Positions 35,071 to 40,034 of a DNA stretch of 40,034 nucleotides are shown here, piece after piece; the first letter of the stretch is position 1; each line of letters starts with the position of its first letter. The position numbers and the translations under genes are program-made. Source of the DNA: Clostridia bacterium (GTDB lineage Bacteria > Bacillota > Clostridia > Oscillospirales > Acutalibacteraceae); assembly GCA_017622415.1 (NCBI GenBank), contig JAGARD010000133.1, forward strand, positions 1 through 40,034, written 5' to 3'. The notes beneath the pieces are model-generated. The model did not search any database, was not told where the DNA came from, and worked only from the letters and a program-made list of their open reading frames with translations.

Positions 35071-35109
35071 AAAACGCCTCAGCTGCCGAAATATCAGCTG
35101 AGGCGTTTT
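35071..35109 (+). terminator. Intrinsic terminator after the cyclophilin gene
   Basis: AAAACGCCTCAGCTG (35071..35085) pairs with CAGCTGAGGCGTTTT (35095..35109). Confidence 0.85.
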
Positions 35110-35224
35110 AATACCTATATGTGAACAGATAAATACCACAATTTATATTTTTTACGGAACAACACATAGGTTGTTCCCTACGATTTTAAAACATTATCCG
35201 CATTTTAATTTTTCATTTTGAATT

Positions 35225-36091
35225 TTACATTTGTGCACCACGCATTTCCTTTCTGTATTTAGCGGGTTTGGTGTTTTTTTGTTTTTTAAAGGTTTTTATA
35301 AAGTAGCTTAGGTCATTAAAACCGCAGTCTAAAGCTATTTCGGTGACAGCCGCATTGGTTAAAGCAAGCATTTCTGCCGCCCTTTCAATGCGATAGCAAT
35401 TCAAAAACTCGGTAACACCCTTGCCCGAAACCTTTTTAAAATATTCACTGAAATATTTTCGGCTCATTCCCGCTATTAAAGACAATTTTTCAAGTGAAAT
35501 TTGGCTGCCGTAGTTATTTTCAATATACGAAATTGCCTTTTCAAAGGGTAAAAGCCGTTCATAAAATTTAAGTGATTGCTCGCTCGACTTAATCGAAAGA
35601 CCCGCTAAAATAACCTCTGAAAAAATGGTGGCAATTGCAGAAAGAGCATCCAGCTCATAGCCCGCCTTTCGTTTTGCCATTGCAGTTTTCAAAGCTATTG
35701 CCGCTTGCTTTATTTTGGGGTTTTGCTGTACCGTGAAAATGGGAATTGTTCTTTCAGAGGCTAAAATTGCCTTGCCGTCTTCATAGCGTGCAAGATGCTG
35801 TTTAATGCCTATATCAAGCCCAAAAAGCACGCACTCATATTTCGCATTTTTAGGAACAGCACTGTGAATAACACCCGGATTTACAAGCACTATATCGCCC
35901 GAACTTAAAAATAAAGTATCGGCATCTAAAGTAAGCTCCAGCCAACCGCTTTTTACAAAAATAATTTCATATTCCTTGTGCCAGTGGTGTATCATTTCGT
36001 ACCTTGGGTGATGCTCATCCACATTGTAATAATCAATAGGCAAATGCTCACTGCCGTGGTGCTTGTTTTCTCGGTAAGAATAATATTTCAA
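35225..36091 (-). CDS. AraC-family transcriptional regulator, divergent from fucI
   Basis: 288 aa. N-terminal cupin (HHWHKEYEIIFV) and C-terminal HTH pair (SRKYFSEYFKKVSGKG and DLSYFIKTFKKQKNTKP). Confidence 0.85.
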   Translation of the reverse strand: MKYYSYRENKHHGSEHLPIDYYNVDEHHPRYEMIHHWHKEYEIIFVKSGWLELTLDADTLFLSSGDIVLVNPGVIHSAVPKNAKYECVLFGLDIGIKQHLARYEDGKAILASERTIPIFTVQQNPKIKQAAIALKTAMAKRKAGYELDALSAIATIFSEVILAGLSIKSSEQSLKFYERLLPFEKAISYIENNYGSQISLEKLSLIAGMSRKYFSEYFKKVSGKGVTEFLNCYRIERAAEMLALTNAAVTEIALDCGFNDLSYFIKTFKKQKNTKPAKYRKEMRGAQM

Positions 36092-36273
36092 AATTTATCC
36101 CTCCAATACAAAAAGTTTTGTTTTATTGTTTAAAAACTGCCATAAATATTAAAAAATCTGGATATTGTTATAATTTTTAAGTATTATAACACAAGTATTT
36201 TCTGTTTTCAACTGTTATGATAATTATGGAAAATAATATTTTGTTTTCAAAATAAAATTCGGAGGTATATATT

Positions 36274-38067
36274 ATGGCAGAAAACAGACTTATTGGCGAT
36301 TATCCCGTAATTGGTATACGCCCCACAATTGACGGACGCAGAGGCGTGCTTAAGGTACGCGAATCCCTAGAGGTTCAAACAATGAATATGGCAAAAAGTG
36401 CGGCTAAGCTTTTTACCGACAATCTTCGCTATTCCAACGGCGAGCCAGTAAAGGTTGTTATTGCCGACACCACCATTGGTAGAGTTGGCGAGGCAGCCGC
36501 CTGTGCCGACAAATTCCGTAAGGAGGGGGTTGACATAACCGTTACCGTTACCCCTTGCTGGTGCTATGGTGCAGAAACAATGGATATGGATCCCAAAACT
36601 ATCAAGGCGGTTTGGGGCTTTAACGGAACTGAGCGACCCGGTGCGGTTTATCTTGCATCGGTGCTTGCAACTCACGCACAAAAGGGTCTTCCCGCATTCG
36701 GCATTTACGGTCACGATGTTCAGGACATGAGCGATACCTCTATCCCTGAGGATGTTAAGGAAAAGCTTCTTCGCTTTGGCCGTGCCGCCGTTGCCGCCGC
36801 TACAATGCGTGGTAAATCTTACCTACAGATTGGCTCGATTTGTATGGGTATAGGTGGTTCGATTATCGACCCTGCCTTTATTGAGGAATATCTTGGTATG
36901 CGTGTTGAGTCGGTTGACGAGGTAGAGATTATCCGCAGAATGACCGAGGAAATTTACGATAAGGCTGAGTATGAAAAGGCATATAAATGGGTTAGAGAAA
37001 ACTGCAAAGAGGGCTTTGATAAAAACCCCGAGGAATTACAGCGTTCACGCGAGCATAAGGACAGCGATTGGGAATTTGTTGTTAAGATGATGGTTATTAT
37101 AAAGGACCTTATGAACGGCAACAAAAATCTTCCCGAGGGAGCAGAGGAGGAAATGGTTGGTCACAATGCAATTGCCGCAGGCTTCCAAGGTCAGCGTCAG
37201 TGGACCGACTTCTACCCCAACTGTGATTTCCCTGAGGCTATGCTTAATACCTCCTTTGATTGGAACGGTGCAAGAGAGCCCTATATTCTTGCTACCGAAA
37301 ATGATGTACTTAACGGTCTTGGTATGCTCTTTATGAAGTTACTTACCAACCGTGCCCAGATGTTTGCCGATGTTCGCACCTATTGGAGCGGTGATGCGGT
37401 TAAGCGTGTTACAGGCTATGATATTGAGGGCAAGGCTAAAGATGCCGACGGCTTTATTCACCTTATTAATTCGGGAGCCTGCTGTTTGGATGCCAATGGT
37501 GCCGCAAAGGATGAAAACGGCAACGGAGTTATGAAGCCTTGGTTTGAAGTTACTGAGGCCGACCAAAAAGCAATTCTTGAAAATTCAACCTGGAACTATG
37601 CTGATTTAGGTTACTTCCGTGGCGGCGGATATTCCAGTCGTTTCCTCACCACCGCAGAAATGCCCGCAACAATGATTAGACTTAATCTTGTTAAGGGTAT
37701 CGGCCCCGTTTTACAGATTGCCGAGGGTTGGACAATTTCTCTGCCCGATGAGGTTTCGGATAAGCTTTGGGCACGTACCGACTACACCTGGCCTTGCACT
37801 TGGTTTGCTCCAAGAGTTACAGGAAAGGGTGCGTTTAAAACCGCTTATGATGTAATGAATAATTGGGGAGCTAATCACGGTGCAATATCCTACGGTCATA
37901 TTGGTGCCGACCTTATTACCCTTTGCTCAATGCTTCGTATACCCGTATGTATGCACAACGTAGCTGAAAAGGATATTTTCCGTCCCGCCGCTTGGAATGC
38001 ATTCGGTATGGACAAGGAGGGTCAGGACTACCGTGCCTGTGCCGCCTACGGCCCTCTTTATAAATAG
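36274..38067 (+). CDS. fucI: L-fucose isomerase
   Basis: 597 aa, colinear with E. coli FucI as recalled ([87 protein letters not shown]). Confidence 0.95.
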   Translation: MAENRLIGDYPVIGIRPTIDGRRGVLKVRESLEVQTMNMAKSAAKLFTDNLRYSNGEPVKVVIADTTIGRVGEAAACADKFRKEGVDITVTVTPCWCYGAETMDMDPKTIKAVWGFNGTERPGAVYLASVLATHAQKGLPAFGIYGHDVQDMSDTSIPEDVKEKLLRFGRAAVAAATMRGKSYLQIGSICMGIGGSIIDPAFIEEYLGMRVESVDEVEIIRRMTEEIYDKAEYEKAYKWVRENCKEGFDKNPEELQRSREHKDSDWEFVVKMMVIIKDLMNGNKNLPEGAEEEMVGHNAIAAGFQGQRQWTDFYPNCDFPEAMLNTSFDWNGAREPYILATENDVLNGLGMLFMKLLTNRAQMFADVRTYWSGDAVKRVTGYDIEGKAKDADGFIHLINSGACCLDANGAAKDENGNGVMKPWFEVTEADQKAILENSTWNYADLGYFRGGGYSSRFLTTAEMPATMIRLNLVKGIGPVLQIAEGWTISLPDEVSDKLWARTDYTWPCTWFAPRVTGKGAFKTAYDVMNNWGANHGAISYGHIGADLITLCSMLRIPVCMHNVAEKDIFRPAAWNAFGMDKEGQDYRACAAYGPLYK

Positions 38068-38108
38068 AACGTTTGTAAATATAGCTTAATTTTGTTTATC
38101 TAAAAAAC

Positions 38109-38156
38109 AGACCTCTTAGTCGCGTAGCACGACTAAGAGGTCTACTTTTCGTTTTT
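38109..38156. terminator. Terminator between the convergent fucI and sulfatase-like genes
   Basis: AGACCTCTTAGTCG (38109..38122) pairs with CGACTAAGAGGTCT (38130..38143), followed by ACTTTTCGTTTTT. Confidence 0.85.
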
Positions 38157-40034
38157 ATTTAAGACGGGTTTTTCGTGTGCCAAAAACAATTCCGTAATAA
38201 TCGTTATCGAGTATGCCTGCCGATGCCAAAAACATATTATTAACCTCGGTTTTGTAGGCCGAAAGATATTCCTCATCCTCTATTATTTTGCCGTTAAAAT
38301 CGGTAAATATACGCTTGGTAGCACTATACATACCTCGTTCGGTTATAAAGCTTCTATCTGAAAAAACTACAAGCGGTGCACTGTTACTCAGAATGTCTTT
38401 GCCCATTATCAGCCTTGAATCATATTCCATATTAAGCAGATTGGAAATTGTGGGCAGAACATCTAAGCTACTGCAAAGCTTATTTACCTCAACCGATTTT
38501 TTCATAGAGGGAGAATACATAAGCAGTACGCTTTTATAAATTTCAAAATTCGGATCTACTGTATGTCCTGCAAGCTCGGAAAAATAATGGTATTCATCAT
38601 CTGCAGTTTTATCCTCTAACCCGTAGGGATAATGGTCGGGAGAAATAACAATAAGGGTTTTATCGGCAACGCCCGCCGCCTCTAGCTTGGAAAGAAGAAG
38701 CTCCATCGCTCTGTCAAGCTCAATATTGCAGGCGATATATGCCTTGGCGGTGTCGGAATAGGGGAGCTTTTCTACCAATTTTTTGTTTTTTGCAGACATC
38801 GAATTGTTTTTAAAATCATAATCCAAATGACCGCTTACGCTCATATAATATGCGTGAAATCTTTTGTCAGATGATATATATTCATCGGCGGTAGCGGCTA
38901 TCATTTCATAGTCCGATTCAGGCCAACAATTTTTTATTTTACCCTCCAAGCCATTGCCAATGCCCTTATAAGCATAGCCCATATTAGGGTGAGAAATATC
39001 TCTGCGATAGTATTTATATGTATGGGGATGATAGGCATAAACCTTTTCTACACCGCTATTTAAAAACTGTCTGCCCATTGTAAAGCACATATTGTTTTTT
39101 TGCTCGCCTGAACGGTAAAGACTCCACACTCCCGATTTCGGTATAAGTCCTGTGCAGTTAACATATTCGCCGTCAGAGGTGCTTACTCCCCAGATTGGTG
39201 TGTAAAAATTATTAAACCTAAAGCCGTTTTGATACATTTTATAAAGGGTTGGTGTAAGCTCACTATGTATTGCATACTGCGAAAAGCCTTCGGCTGTTAT
39301 GTAAATCAGATTATACCCCTCAAACATACCGGTGTACTGATTTTTCTTACTTGGTGTACGCTCCGAAAAATATTTATGAAGGGTTAAAACCTCTTCATCT
39401 TTTTCATTTTTTATAAGCGAGTTAAAATCTATATTCATTTGCCAAGTGCCGTATTTTTGCGAAACAGAGGGATTGGTAGAAACGGGTATTTCCGAAGATA
39501 CCTCTACATCAATATCCGACGGATGCTCGCTGCCTAAAATATTGTAGTGAATGTCTTCAAGCTCGGTATTTAAAAGGCCGAAATAGGCAGCCGAAAGATT
39601 AGGGTCAAAGGCTTGATAGTAAATTTCATTTGTAGTTGGAATAAGTATCACTAAAAGGGTTATAAAAAAATGCGTTGCAACCGACCCCGCAAAACCCCAA
39701 AGTCGTGGTTTAAGGTGTATTTTAGGAAAGCTAGCACCCCGTTTTCCAGTAAAAAATAAGCTTAGAATTGCAGGGGCAAATAGCATTATAACGGGAAATA
39801 AGCAGGCCTTTATGGTGGAAAGAGTCTTTTCTAAAATTCCCTGCTCAATTATTTGGTCGGCACCGCCAACACCCACCGAATACAGTATAAGATATTTATT
39901 AAAGCACCAATAATAAACAACCTGAACAGAAAAAATAAGTGACAAGGCAAAAAGAAAAATCCTTGCCAAAATATTGTTTGTTTTTTCAGAAAAACAGTTG
40001 CAAATGAGGCTTAAAACAGTGCCTGCAACAATAG
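38155..40034 (-). CDS. LTA-synthase/sulfatase-family membrane protein, 5' end outside the window
   Basis: Several N-terminal TM helices followed by an alkaline-phosphatase-superfamily-like external domain (YITAEGFS, ISPDHYPYG). The ORF-track start at 39969 is a TTG. The frame stays open upstream to the window edge (..IVAGTVLSLICNCFSEKTNNI-ARIFLF), so the gene is probably partial. Confidence 0.55.
   Translation of the reverse strand, partial: IVAGTVLSLICNCFSEKTNNILARIFLFALSLIFSVQVVYYWCFNKYLILYSVGVGGADQIIEQGILEKTLSTIKACLFPVIMLFAPAILSLFFTGKRGASFPKIHLKPRLWGFAGSVATHFFITLLVILIPTTNEIYYQAFDPNLSAAYFGLLNTELEDIHYNILGSEHPSDIDVEVSSEIPVSTNPSVSQKYGTWQMNIDFNSLIKNEKDEEVLTLHKYFSERTPSKKNQYTGMFEGYNLIYITAEGFSQYAIHSELTPTLYKMYQNGFRFNNFYTPIWGVSTSDGEYVNCTGLIPKSGVWSLYRSGEQKNNMCFTMGRQFLNSGVEKVYAYHPHTYKYYRRDISHPNMGYAYKGIGNGLEGKIKNCWPESDYEMIAATADEYISSDKRFHAYYMSVSGHLDYDFKNNSMSAKNKKLVEKLPYSDTAKAYIACNIELDRAMELLLSKLEAAGVADKTLIVISPDHYPYGLEDKTADDEYHYFSELAGHTVDPNFEIYKSVLLMYSPSMKKSVEVNKLCSSLDVLPTISNLLNMEYDSRLIMGKDILSNSAPLVVFSDRSFITERGMYSATKRIFTDFNGKIIEDEEYLSAYKTEVNNMFLASAGILDNDYYGIVFGTRKTRLK

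Noticed and set aside
35156-35177. Hairpin GGAACAAC-N6-GTTGTTCC downstream of the AraC gene at 35225.
   Set aside because: There is no U-tract in the minus-strand sense and only a weak, displaced one in the plus sense. It may be a weak terminator but does not justify a call.
1-40034. Scan of the whole window for CRISPR arrays, tRNA or rRNA genes, transposases or integrases, IS-type terminal inverted repeats, and multi-copy REP-like elements.
   Set aside because: None found by eye. Every intergenic hairpin is unique and can be explained as a terminator or operator. A tRNAscan, Infernal or ISfinder run would be needed to make this formally complete.

Overview
This is a chromosomal segment from a low/medium-GC Firmicute, probably a spore-forming member of the Clostridia (inferred from the Rnf complex, Rex, a SpoIIM-like gene and a clostridial-style oxidative TCA branch). 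Most of it is core metabolism. Reading left to right: metK behind a clear SAM-I riboswitch; an acn-icd-rex operon; a nadA-nadB-nadC-niaR NAD operon; a Na/Pi-cotransporter/PhoU fusion; citrate synthase; deoD; rarA. A visibly AT-rich restriction-modification island of the DpnII/MboI (GATC) type follows. After that come a SpoIIM-like gene, a divergent EF-G paralog, metY directly followed by rnfCDGEAB, a zinc-ribbon membrane protein with an ABC-2 transporter, two AraC regulators, a cyclophilin, fucI, and an LtaS/sulfatase-like gene that runs off the right edge. I found no tRNA, rRNA, CRISPR array, transposase or integrase. I cannot point to a convincingly new multi-gene system. The best candidate for undescribed biology is the control region of the R-M island (about 17.8-18.4 kb). 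It holds two small genes below the ORF-track cutoff: a 58-aa ribbon-helix-helix protein heading the operon and a divergent 57-aa Cys-rich protein. It also holds a 17-bp-arm inverted repeat, a palindrome inside the methylase promoter, an HTH domain fused to the Dam-type methylase, and an atypical second methylase. Other points worth a second look are an apparent 1-nt frameshift that cuts the conserved last helix off RnfA, a Cys-rich tail on RnfE, and an EF-G paralog whose catalytic His is Leu and whose NKxD motif reads SKLD. All homology calls come from motif and colinearity recognition by eye; no searches were run.
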